From: a virus
DNA length: 64,000 nt
Virus record (IMG/VR): IMGVR_UViG_3300045988_107814
Location: 1 to 64,000 of that record
Direction: 5' to 3' (one strand)
Shown: positions 1 to 9,377 of the stretch, piece by piece
How positions within the stretch are numbered: the first letter of the stretch is position 1
Layout of the letters: each line of letters starts with the position of its first letter
Notes under the pieces: generated by a model
What the model was told of the DNA's origin: nothing
What the model saw: only the letters and a program-made list of their open reading frames with translations
Database searches by the model: none
Translations under genes and position numbers: made by a program

Positions 1-754
1 TAGCAGTAGCAGAAGAATATAAAGTAGCATTACTTAAAGTTACCTTAGTACCAGCCTTAATAGTAGAAGTTGTCGTATTGCTTGTAGCAGGCTTAGCATT
101 AGTAGTTGGAGTACTTGGTTTTGTAGTGGTAGATTCGTTTACAGATCCACCAAGATTGTTAAGACCGAGATTCTTAATTTTTTCTGGATAATTATTGATA
201 TAACAATAATCCATATCTACATCACCGTTAACACCAGCTACCTTGCCTTTAGAAGAATATTGCCAAATAGTTTTCTTAAGCCATGGAGTAGAGCTAGCAT
301 AATGTGCAATAGCAATATCATACTTATTATAAACACTCGCAGGAATATAGTTCTTGATAAAAGAATAATAAGTATATAGACCAGGATAATATCCAGCAGC
401 TCTCAGTGTATCACAGAATGCAGTGATAATTGCAGAAGCGATAGCTGTATTTGTCTGAGTCTTGTGCTCGATATCAAATAGAATAGGGTATTCAAACTTC
501 TTACCCTTCAAGCATTCAATACAAGCCTTAGCTTCTCTGATAGCATCTTCCTTAGTGGTAGCATAAGAGAACCAATAAGCACCTTTAGGAATGCCATACT
601 TTTCACAAGCAGCATAATTCTCTTCAAACTTCTTATCTTTCTGAGAGGCACTATTACCATAACCAGCTCTTAGCAATGCAAAACTGATTTCATTCTTTGT
701 CTTGGACCAGTCGATAGTTCCTTGCCAAACAGAAACATCAATACCTTTAAGCAT
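1..754 (-). CDS. endolysin: glycoside hydrolase family 25 muramidase domain plus Thr/Pro-rich linker; C-terminus lies beyond the window start
   Basis: Not in the ORF track because there is no stop in the window. Minus-strand ATG at 754..752 with GGAGGT at 761..766. Translation is MLKGIDVSVWQGTIDWSKTKNEISFALLRAGYGNSASQ..., carrying the GIDVSxWQG and xxxRAGYG signatures of GH25 lysozymes. It is followed by ...TTTKPSTPTTNAKPATSNTTTS linker. Confidence 0.85.
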   Translation of the reverse strand, partial: MLKGIDVSVWQGTIDWSKTKNEISFALLRAGYGNSASQKDKKFEENYAACEKYGIPKGAYWFSYATTKEDAIREAKACIECLKGKKFEYPILFDIEHKTQTNTAIASAIITAFCDTLRAAGYYPGLYTYYSFIKNYIPASVYNKYDIAIAHYASSTPWLKKTIWQYSSKGKVAGVNGDVDMDYCYINNYPEKIKNLGLNNLGGSVNESTTTKPSTPTTNAKPATSNTTTSTIKAGTKVTLSNATLYSSATA

Positions 755-773
755 ATAAATACCTCCTTATAAA

Positions 774-3700
774 TTATGACTTAGATTCTAAATTAGATAC
801 TCTTTGTTCAAGTGCAGAAATTTTAGTATCTATCGTTTGATTTATTTCCCTAACTATAGATTCTAATTTAGATAATCTTGTATTAGTGGAACTTAGTTCG
901 CTTTTCAAATCATTAATAACATTAGGTAGATTATTCAAAGCTTCTAATTGAATAACTTTAGATTGTAGATCATTAATTGACGTTTTGGGATTTGATTTAA
1001 ATCCATCAGAACTAGATTCACGATCATAATATTCTTTTGTACATATTACACCATCTTTAGAAATGTACATTCTCTTTGTTCTAATATCGCCTTCTTTTAA
1101 GTTATATGCGAATTTAGTTGGATCAGATAGTCCGTATGTCATTCTATTTACAGATCCACCCTCAATTACAAATACAATAACACCTCTATTTTTAAGATCT
1201 CTTACATCTTCGTTATTACTACTTTCACCACCACTACTATAACCATATCCGTAATTAAAGTTATATAAATTATGATCTTTATCAAATTCTGCGTTCTTTT
1301 CTTTATAATGTTCAGAACTTTCGTCCCATACATTATCATGAGCATTTGCTTTAGTTACAGTTCTTTCATCATCTTCTATACTATAAATATCACTTATATT
1401 TTGTCCTTCTTGAATTATATGATCTTTTAAATCTTTCTTTATCTTTATTAAAGAAGACTCAAGTAAATCTATAGTTTTATTATTATTAAGTGCAGTAAGT
1501 AAAGTTAGCCAATTTAACTTATCAATTTTTATATCTTCATCTGAACCATTTAATGGTAATACAACAGGATTATTAGCATCACCATCATTCATAGATATAG
1601 AATAAATAGTTTTTGTGCCAGATTGTTCTTTATTAATCCATATAGGTTCATCTAGTATATATTTCTCAGTAACGTCTGCACTATTAGAATCATATAATTT
1701 AGAATTATTAAACCCTAATATAGAATTTGAATTAATATTAGAATGTAGAGTAGCACCAGCATTAATAACAACATCAATACCATTTGAACCTTTTAGGTGA
1801 ACTTGTTCATTACCATCTTTATATACCACTTCTACTGAAGTTACTTTATTAATTTCAGATTTTGGAATAAATGCTTTATTTTTAGAAGATACTTTATTTT
1901 TAATAAGAGATTTAGGATCGTTAATATCTATAGATAAATTTCTAGTAAATACATAATTATAGAAATCATATAATGATTTTCCGGCATAATAACATTTTCT
2001 TATACCTTTACAACCTAAGAATGGGAATTCTGCCGTTTCAAATAACTCATTTACTGAAGTATTCTTTAATACTTTATTATATGTGGAAATACTATATATT
2101 TTAGATCCGTTTGCTGATACAGTATTTGATACATATGGAACCATACAGTTTTGATAAATTCCGTAATCATTACCAATCATATCCTTTAATCTAAAACCAT
2201 TTCCATCGTTGTAATTATCGGAATTAATCCATGCACCATAATAAATATTTTCATGATAATAACTATCTATTTCAGAAAGTTCTTTACTATGATATATAGA
2301 ATTATAAGCTGTATAAATATTAGTTGTACTAGCAATATAATTAGATTCAGAAGTACTTATTACTACATTAGGAGATTCAGTAGGTGATAAATTATAAGGA
2401 TATAAACGGTATGTTTTAACACATTTTATAACTTGATCCATCCATCCATCTTCCGAATTCATCACTGCACTATTATATGTTGAAAGAGCATCTGCTAATG
2501 TTTTACCATCATTAATATACGCATTAATTAATGATTTTTCAAAATTAGTCGTTAAATTTTTAAATTCAGGTTTTTCTTTATTTAAATTAGTTAAAATTGT
2601 TGCACAAGAAATATAATCAAAACTATTTATCTTAGATTCTTCAGTACTAGAATCTGTTGTGTTATAATAATATTTTACACTAATAATAGCATTTGATTGT
2701 CTGAAATATAAATACATTATATTCGAAGTTTTACTTCCAGTATTTTTAAAATTAGATTTTGTTAAAGGTTGCATAGATAAATTATTAGATCCATCATTCA
2801 CAATAACGTATAGTGGGCAAGATACATTTCTATATGTTATACTATATGATCCATTGTCGTATGTGATTATATTATCAGCCATTGTAACTATTCTTGCTAC
2901 TATAAAATTTTGATGACCTATTTCAGCTACATTATAATCTGGTTTGTTATTTTCATCTTCAATATATGGACTATCTAACTGGGTTAATTTTAATTTAGAT
3001 ATATGAGTTATCATTAACTTTTTATTTGAATCTTTTTCATACGTATTAATAATATCGCATATAAGATTTGTATTAGAATTTCCTAATACAGTTTGATTAG
3101 CTCTATATATCATATTATTATTTTTATATTCATCTTTAAGCCATCCTAGTTCAATTATAGTTGGCGTTTCTTTTTCATACATTTTTTCATTTGTTTTACC
3201 TAAATCAAACAATGAATATACTAAGAATAAATTTTCTCCATGATTATCTACAGTATGTCTAGGTGTTTTACAAGAAGTACGATTAAATGTATCTTTTAAT
3301 TTATAATCATTATTGCCATATAATTTAGTAAATGTTTTTATATTTTCATTTGTATGTGCAAATTCACCCGTAGAACTATTTCTTTCATAAAGAACACTTT
3401 CAAATATCTCAGGATATATAATTACAGAGCAGAATGGTGTAATAGATTTAGATGTATCATTCATAATACCAAGCGGATATGAATTAGAGGCATTTTGTGG
3501 GGATATAGAAATTGCTCTAATAGCATTTCTATATGTTTCACCATATTGAGTATCAGATGGAATAAAGAACTCTACAAATCTTTTAATATATTTCATGATT
3601 GTAGTATTATAGCAATCTACAATATTACAATTATCAGTAACAACATAATCTGTATTCTTTACTCTAGTATCGTAATATTGTTTATAGCTATATTGATAAT

Positions 3701-5000
3701 CTGTTATATTTATATTTGATATGGTCTTTCCATTACTTTGTACCAGTATAGCTGTTTGTACTATATTTCCATCAAACTTCCATACAGTATAACCATAATT
3801 TTTATCATTACTAAACCAGTTACCTATAAATAAATGGTTAATACCACTATCTCTTCTGGCTGATAATAGTACATCAGTATCACCACATTTTATATTTCCT
3901 CCACTACTATCCATATATGAAGCAAATTTCATAGTATCTTTTTTAATAGGAGTAAATCTTAAATTATCTGGAAGTATACTAATAGTATTTTTATTCTCAT
4001 CTTTTACTTCTTCACCATCTTTAAATACTGCTGTTGAACATTTATCATTGTCTACATTGTTACACATTAATACATAATAATAATTGTCTTTTTCTGATGA
4101 CGAAAAATTATTCACTTCCGCACTAACATATCTTTTATCATAAAAAGGTAAATTTTTAATTTCTTGATAAGTAAAACAATAATCATTTATAAATTTCTGA
4201 TTTACTTTACCATTTATTAATTGAAAAAGTCTAAATCCACCTATTGTATCAAATGCTGTTGGATTAGTATAGTTAGCAATATTTACAATAGGGAAAAAGA
4301 AGTTTTGAATAGATGTATTTATAGAATTAACATTTAAATTATCTACATTTGATACAGGAGTCATATCATACTTCGAAATAGTCACATCTACATCATTTTG
4401 TTTTTCAGTATAAGTAGTAATAGAAGGGTTTTCAAATATTACATTATCATTATCACATCTTAAAAAAGAATGATATTCACTATCTTCTTGAGCCTCGAAA
4501 TTTATAGCTTCTTGAAATTTATCCAAGTTTATATTTCTGGTCTCGCCATCTTCAAATGTAATTTTAGTATCCCCAGTAATGTCGAATAACTTAAACTTAC
4601 ATTTTTCACCAGTATCTATGTTACCTGTAATGAATTTCTCAAAGTTTGTTTGACTACATAAATACATAGAGCTATTGTCAAAGTCAATAACTGCCATTAC
4701 ATAGTCACCTGTTTTAAATACATCTACATTAGTAGGATATGCTTTTCCATCTCCTATGTTGTTCATAATAACTCTACCGGCGAAGTCATAAATATTAGAT
4801 GTATTTATAATAAGAATAGTTTCTTTTTCAGAATTGCATATATTGAAATATCTTATTTCATAGTCATAAGAAGCTGTAAATATCTTAATGACTTTACCAG
4901 CTAATCTAACAGGATAACTAGTATCCATTGTTAAAGTATCTACAAGATTATCTCTATTATGCAATAAATCCATACGTCTATTTAAGAAATCTGTAGGCAT
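774..5000 (-). CDS. large virion-associated protein (about 1408 aa), probable tail fibre/host-recognition protein with C-terminal coiled coil
   Basis: Long uninterrupted ORF. Start moved from track 5066 to ATG 5000 (AAAGGAGG 8 nt upstream); the longer version would run through a terminator hairpin. The C-terminus has heptad-like repeats (LSKLESIVREINQTIDTKISALEQRVSNLESKS). It lies directly upstream of the endolysin. The function is inferred only. Confidence 0.55.
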   Translation of the reverse strand: MPTDFLNRRMDLLHNRDNLVDTLTMDTSYPVRLAGKVIKIFTASYDYEIRYFNICNSEKETILIINTSNIYDFAGRVIMNNIGDGKAYPTNVDVFKTGDYVMAVIDFDNSSMYLCSQTNFEKFITGNIDTGEKCKFKLFDITGDTKITFEDGETRNINLDKFQEAINFEAQEDSEYHSFLRCDNDNVIFENPSITTYTEKQNDVDVTISKYDMTPVSNVDNLNVNSINTSIQNFFFPIVNIANYTNPTAFDTIGGFRLFQLINGKVNQKFINDYCFTYQEIKNLPFYDKRYVSAEVNNFSSSEKDNYYYVLMCNNVDNDKCSTAVFKDGEEVKDENKNTISILPDNLRFTPIKKDTMKFASYMDSSGGNIKCGDTDVLLSARRDSGINHLFIGNWFSNDKNYGYTVWKFDGNIVQTAILVQSNGKTISNINITDYQYSYKQYYDTRVKNTDYVVTDNCNIVDCYNTTIMKYIKRFVEFFIPSDTQYGETYRNAIRAISISPQNASNSYPLGIMNDTSKSITPFCSVIIYPEIFESVLYERNSSTGEFAHTNENIKTFTKLYGNNDYKLKDTFNRTSCKTPRHTVDNHGENLFLVYSLFDLGKTNEKMYEKETPTIIELGWLKDEYKNNNMIYRANQTVLGNSNTNLICDIINTYEKDSNKKLMITHISKLKLTQLDSPYIEDENNKPDYNVAEIGHQNFIVARIVTMADNIITYDNGSYSITYRNVSCPLYVIVNDGSNNLSMQPLTKSNFKNTGSKTSNIMYLYFRQSNAIISVKYYYNTTDSSTEESKINSFDYISCATILTNLNKEKPEFKNLTTNFEKSLINAYINDGKTLADALSTYNSAVMNSEDGWMDQVIKCVKTYRLYPYNLSPTESPNVVISTSESNYIASTTNIYTAYNSIYHSKELSEIDSYYHENIYYGAWINSDNYNDGNGFRLKDMIGNDYGIYQNCMVPYVSNTVSANGSKIYSISTYNKVLKNTSVNELFETAEFPFLGCKGIRKCYYAGKSLYDFYNYVFTRNLSIDINDPKSLIKNKVSSKNKAFIPKSEINKVTSVEVVYKDGNEQVHLKGSNGIDVVINAGATLHSNINSNSILGFNNSKLYDSNSADVTEKYILDEPIWINKEQSGTKTIYSISMNDGDANNPVVLPLNGSDEDIKIDKLNWLTLLTALNNNKTIDLLESSLIKIKKDLKDHIIQEGQNISDIYSIEDDERTVTKANAHDNVWDESSEHYKEKNAEFDKDHNLYNFNYGYGYSSGGESSNNEDVRDLKNRGVIVFVIEGGSVNRMTYGLSDPTKFAYNLKEGDIRTKRMYISKDGVICTKEYYDRESSSDGFKSNPKTSINDLQSKVIQLEALNNLPNVINDLKSELSSTNTRLSKLESIVREINQTIDTKISALEQRVSNLESKS

Positions 5001-5023
5001 ATTAATCCTCCTTTTCTTGGTTT

Positions 5024-5035
5024 TATAATAAAGTT
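5024..5035 (-). promoter_or_regulatory. AACT-N6-TA promoter-like motif
   Basis: Minus strand reads AACTTTATTATA; 24 nt upstream of ATG 5000 and just after a terminator. Confidence 0.4.
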
Positions 5036-5055
5036 CTATCAAGACAAAAAAGAAA

Positions 5056-5077
5056 GGCGTACTCATATGAGTACACC
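5056..5077 (-). terminator. intrinsic terminator
   Basis: GGCGTACTCA-TA-TGAGTACACC palindrome, with a T-run on the minus strand (5044..5055). Confidence 0.65.
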
Positions 5078-5083
5078 AGACTT

Positions 5084-5863
5084 TTACTTCCTATATTTAA
5101 TATCCATCAGTATTGAGAATAACTCACGGTTAAATAATTGATTGCAAGATATATCCAAGCAATCTTTATAACTTTCATCAATAAATCGAACACCGTATTG
5201 CCCAATTCTAAACATTGATTGTGAATTGAATTCTCTGTAATAATCTATATCTAGTTCTTTATTATCATACTTCTGGATGAATGATATTAATTCTTGAATT
5301 GCACTATCGATATTACTTGTAACTATTAGTTTTAAGATATAAGCTATAAATGACAAGTAAGCCGAATGGTAGCTTTTAAGATTATCGTCAGTTATACCTT
5401 TAATATCTATAACACTATCGTCTGTATTATCAAGTGCGTTTAAGCCATAATATATTTCTATATTACGACAATTTATATAAATGTCATATCTATTTCTTAA
5501 AGTGAAATTGATAAGACCGAATTTAGTTTGGTTAAGCTTTCGTAAAACATAGAATGCATCTTTCTTAATAGATAATACATCGTCTTCTGTAAGACTGTTG
5601 TATTCTATTAACATTTTACGAGAGTTTTCAAAGCCTATCTTTAGAGCATCTGATATTTTTTTATTTTTCTGCATATACCCAATAGCAACTTCTCTTTGAT
5701 ATTTAGGCATCTGACAAAACATATCATATGTCTCTTGAGTTATCATACCACTTTCCAATAGTATAGATACATTGGCTTTGGAGATATCATATTCATATAT
5801 CTCATTTATAAGATAGCTTACTTTCTTCGTATATAAAGATCTTTTATATAAATTGTTTTCCAT
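5084..5863 (-). CDS. hypothetical protein
   Basis: 259-aa ORF with an AAGGAAG SD-like sequence and a terminator hairpin downstream. No confident motif. Confidence 0.7.
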   Translation of the reverse strand: MENNLYKRSLYTKKVSYLINEIYEYDISKANVSILLESGMITQETYDMFCQMPKYQREVAIGYMQKNKKISDALKIGFENSRKMLIEYNSLTEDDVLSIKKDAFYVLRKLNQTKFGLINFTLRNRYDIYINCRNIEIYYGLNALDNTDDSVIDIKGITDDNLKSYHSAYLSFIAYILKLIVTSNIDSAIQELISFIQKYDNKELDIDYYREFNSQSMFRIGQYGVRFIDESYKDCLDISCNQLFNRELFSILMDIKYRK

Positions 5864-5887
5864 GACCTACACTTCCTTATCTTTATA

Positions 5888-6388
5888 TTATTCATAAGAT
5901 GGAAGATTTCTAGTCCCAAAGAAATTCATATACGTTTCTAGGTTAGAATCTAACTTTTGAATCCCTTCTATAGAGAAATTACCTGATTTGATATTTTGAA
6001 TATCGTCAATTGTTTTGACAATACTACTAGAATATCCATAGTTATCCACAATGAATTTGATCAAAGCTTCTATCATGTTAATAGATACTTCGTTATCCCA
6101 TTTACAGAAGATATATACATCATAACCATTGTAAGGATATCTTAATAAATCAATCAATTCTCTAAATGCCGATGAATTTGTTGTGAGATAGTTAATATAC
6201 CATTGATCAAATGCTTGTTCATTAACAAATACAGAATTATTAGTATTATAAACAGCACCAAAGTATGGGTTAAGATAATTAAGGCTTTGTACATTTTCTA
6301 CCAACTCATTAAAGTTAAACACAACAAAGTTAGTTCCTACTTTATCTTCTACAGACTGTAACAAAGTAGGATTACCAAATACAATCAT
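5888..6388 (-). CDS. hypothetical protein (distant paralogue of 6401..6970)
   Basis: 166-aa ORF with a GGGAGTG SD. It shares the ...D(V/Y)YIF...AL(I/L)..(I/L)V(D/E)N(Y/F)G... pattern with its neighbour. Confidence 0.7.
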   Translation of the reverse strand: MIVFGNPTLLQSVEDKVGTNFVVFNFNELVENVQSLNYLNPYFGAVYNTNNSVFVNEQAFDQWYINYLTTNSSAFRELIDLLRYPYNGYDVYIFCKWDNEVSINMIEALIKFIVDNYGYSSSIVKTIDDIQNIKSGNFSIEGIQKLDSNLETYMNFFGTRNLPSYE

Positions 6389-6400
6389 ATTATCACTCCC

Positions 6401-6970
6401 TTAGAAAGATATAAATAATGAATCTGGTTTGTTTGAAATCTTATACTGTCTGATAAGATTATTTATCTTCGGAAGATTCCAACCATCTACAGATCTAGCA
6501 CAAACTAATTTTGGGTCTTGAATAAAATCAGAAGCCTCATAGAATACAAGACCAAAATTTTCAACTAGATAATCCAACAAAGCCGGTACAAGATAGTTAA
6601 AGATATACGGATCTTCACTATCAAAGTAAAAGATATAATCAAAGTTTCTTTCAACTAGACCAGCCAATAATACTACCAGATATTCTTGTACTTGTGGATC
6701 ATTAGCTAACTTCTGATGATATAGGAATTTGAAGGTAGGATAATCACCATCAATTAATGCTATCATCGATTTAGAATCTGGCAATAGAATAGAACCGACA
6801 ATATAGTTACTACCACCATGACTATCCATATCGTTTATAACAACGATTTTAGTTTTGTTAAACTCTTGAATTCCCATTACAGTACCAATTGATTTTCTAC
6901 ATTGTTTTCTAACCTCAACAAGATTAACAAGATCTTGATTGGTTAAAGCAATAGAAATATTTCCAACCAT
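6401..6970 (-). CDS. hypothetical protein (distant paralogue of 5888..6388)
   Basis: 189-aa ORF with an AGGAGGAAAC SD. Confidence 0.7.
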   Translation of the reverse strand: MVGNISIALTNQDLVNLVEVRKQCRKSIGTVMGIQEFNKTKIVVINDMDSHGGSNYIVGSILLPDSKSMIALIDGDYPTFKFLYHQKLANDPQVQEYLVVLLAGLVERNFDYIFYFDSEDPYIFNYLVPALLDYLVENFGLVFYEASDFIQDPKLVCARSVDGWNLPKINNLIRQYKISNKPDSLFISF

Positions 6971-7005
6971 TTGTGTTTCCTCCTATTAATATTATAAGTA
7001 AGTTA

Positions 7006-7027
7006 AGGTAGCATTAATATGCTACCT
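7006..7027 (-). terminator. stem-loop after gene 7045..9357
   Basis: AGGTAGCAT-TAAT-ATGCTACCT; weak U-tract. Confidence 0.45.
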
Positions 7028-7044
7028 AACCTACCATGTGATTG

Positions 7045-9357
7045 TTAATAATCATATCTGTTGTTCTTACGACGCTTCTGATACTTGTTACGCTGTTTAC
7101 GAGACATGCCTCTGAAACTTTCATTAGACTTCTCTTCTTCAACAACAACAGGTTCTTCTTCTTCGTCACAAGATTCGATATTATCAACACTACAATCAGT
7201 GATCTGAGTATCGTAATCAGAAATAGCAATTGTGATATATTTATCACCCTTAATATACTGACCGAATTCATCATTTACAATTTCCATCAATTCAGAAATT
7301 CCGACACTGATAATAGAAATGATGTTAGTAAGACTATACTTGTTTGCACCAGATATAACAATGTTTAATCTATAATCGCTGAGTGCTCTAGAAATAATCT
7401 CATAATATTTATCATAGATTTCTCTATAGATACAGAATACCTTAATATCATCATTATAATCAATATCATATGACATTGTTGAAATGAGTGTTTTCCACAA
7501 GTTAATAATACTGATACAGAATGACTTAGTATTCTTAACTATATTGATAAGTCTAAAGAACATCTCAAATCTAGTTAACCGATTATTATCATTAATATTT
7601 TCGTTATTACCTACCATGAGATCGATTACATAGTTAAGCAAGCAAGACGAATTATTAACATCATCAGAGCTGATTACATTAGTGCAATCTTCTTCGATAA
7701 ATGCTGTAGCTGTGCACATACCATCATAAATTCTTTTGGCTTCTTGTTCAGAGATATAAGGATTATTAACAATAAGAGAATTGTTAATCATCTTAAGCAG
7801 TTCAACTTGAGCCATCTCAGTATATTCAGGATCATTCAATACATCAAAATTAATCCCAGAATTCAACTGATTGAATCTATTGATAAATTCATCAGCATTA
7901 TTAATGACGTTAGAAAGATCCACTTTATAAGTTTTAGAATCTTCGATCTCAAACTTAAGTTTCGGTGGATCAATTACAGCAGGTTCTGTAACTTCAATAT
8001 CTTCTTCATTATGATTTATAGAACTAGCTTCATTCTCTTCATCATTTTCGTTAGAAGTATCAATATTTTCAGATTCTTCTGTTTTCTCCATCTCTTTAAA
8101 ACGTTCAACATCTTCAAATAATTTAAACGAAGCATTATCTTTTGCTTTGATTACATCTTCGTTAAGACTAAGAAGTGTACTTGTATATTCTTGATAATCA
8201 ATACTAAAATCATTCTTGATATTTGTATCGATTTCAATAACAGGCTCTTCTGGTTTTTGTTGTTCTACTACCTTTTTAGGTTCTTCTTTCTTAGCAGATT
8301 TGACAACAGCAACGTCTTCTAATTTAACATTATGACTATTGCCAATTTCTTCTCCAGTCTTACTATCTGTAATAATTATACCAATCTTCTTATGCTTCTT
8401 AGTAGCAGTTCTCTCGTTTGCTACAACATGAGGACCATTAACAGAATAATTGACATACTTACTACGAGAATCGCAATTTCCAGAAGATTCAACTTTACCT
8501 GTTTTAGAACTAATTATTTCAAATCTCATTTTCTTTGTGGCTCCTTTACCAGTAGATTTACGATAACCAATAGCCTCAAGTAATTCATAGATACTATCGC
8601 CTTGAGGTTTAGAAAGAGTAACAGCTTTATATGTTGTACCACATTCAGTACACACAATATTATTAAACCCATCATCATAGTCTAACGTACCATTACATAA
8701 CTTTCCATTGATTAATGCTTTACAACTTCTTTTCTTTAGATCAGCTACATACATAGTAGGATAATCTAATAATACCGGACCAAAACCTTGTCGATAACCC
8801 CAATTTTTCAATGCATTGCATCCAATATCATCCATTGCAATTTCATTGTTTCTGAATTTCATAAACAATATATCGTAAATTTCCCTACAATATTTTGTAT
8901 ATTCAAACGCATCTTTTATAGGTACGACTTTCTCGATAAGAGCAAGAGTACCACATGGAGTTACCTCGAATATTTTATTACAGAATGGTTTTAATACATT
9001 CTGATTTACATATTCTTTTAAATTACTTGTGAATCCAACACTATCAGTAGCTACCTTAGCAACTACCCTAGGATCATAGACGCATTCAAAAGCACGTCTA
9101 TTAGTACCACCTCCAATTAATACAAAACCTCTTCGCCACATAATCTCTTTGATTTTATTATATTTTTCGGTCATCTTACCATGATAATATGGCGATCTGG
9201 CTATTTTATTAAGTTCTGCTATATCTTGAACAGTGAAATATGAAAACAAAGGATTTACTCTATAAGCATCATAACGCATTACATAGTAATTGAATATGTT
9301 TAATTGCTTTGGTATATCCTTTTTATAAATATCAGTCAAGTTATTATTAACTCTCAT
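7045..9357 (-). CDS. protein-kinase-like domain protein with Zn-ribbon, acidic linker and C-terminal domain
   Basis: Start set at ATG 9357; the track GTG at 9366 abuts the SD. Ordered motifs: LIGGGTNRRAF (Gly-loop), VVAKVA (beta3 Lys), EYVNQ (alphaC Glu?), MDDIGCN (catalytic D-x4-N) and LLDYP (DFG-like) about 21 aa later. Then CKALINGKLCNG...CTECG (4-Cys ribbon) and a long E/D-rich segment. Confidence 0.45.
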   Translation of the reverse strand: MRVNNNLTDIYKKDIPKQLNIFNYYVMRYDAYRVNPLFSYFTVQDIAELNKIARSPYYHGKMTEKYNKIKEIMWRRGFVLIGGGTNRRAFECVYDPRVVAKVATDSVGFTSNLKEYVNQNVLKPFCNKIFEVTPCGTLALIEKVVPIKDAFEYTKYCREIYDILFMKFRNNEIAMDDIGCNALKNWGYRQGFGPVLLDYPTMYVADLKKRSCKALINGKLCNGTLDYDDGFNNIVCTECGTTYKAVTLSKPQGDSIYELLEAIGYRKSTGKGATKKMRFEIISSKTGKVESSGNCDSRSKYVNYSVNGPHVVANERTATKKHKKIGIIITDSKTGEEIGNSHNVKLEDVAVVKSAKKEEPKKVVEQQKPEEPVIEIDTNIKNDFSIDYQEYTSTLLSLNEDVIKAKDNASFKLFEDVERFKEMEKTEESENIDTSNENDEENEASSINHNEEDIEVTEPAVIDPPKLKFEIEDSKTYKVDLSNVINNADEFINRFNQLNSGINFDVLNDPEYTEMAQVELLKMINNSLIVNNPYISEQEAKRIYDGMCTATAFIEEDCTNVISSDDVNNSSCLLNYVIDLMVGNNENINDNNRLTRFEMFFRLINIVKNTKSFCISIINLWKTLISTMSYDIDYNDDIKVFCIYREIYDKYYEIISRALSDYRLNIVISGANKYSLTNIISIISVGISELMEIVNDEFGQYIKGDKYITIAISDYDTQITDCSVDNIESCDEEEEPVVVEEEKSNESFRGMSRKQRNKYQKRRKNNRYDY

Positions 9358-9377
9358 TTTAATCACTCTCCTTTCTT

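Noticed and set aside
5084-5863. Possible family A DNA polymerase palm motifs (EYDISKANVSIL, REVAIGYMQ, KKDAFYV)
   Set aside because: The spacing between the putative motifs A, B and C (about 30 and 45 aa) does not fit PolA. The protein is only 259 aa and the matches are short. It is left as hypothetical.
8980-9130. GGGT in LIGGGTNRRAF as a tubulin/FtsZ (PhuZ-like) signature
   Set aside because: The tubulin signature is GGGTG(S/T)G. Here the following residues and the downstream K, D-x4-N and D-Y-P motifs fit a kinase-like fold better.
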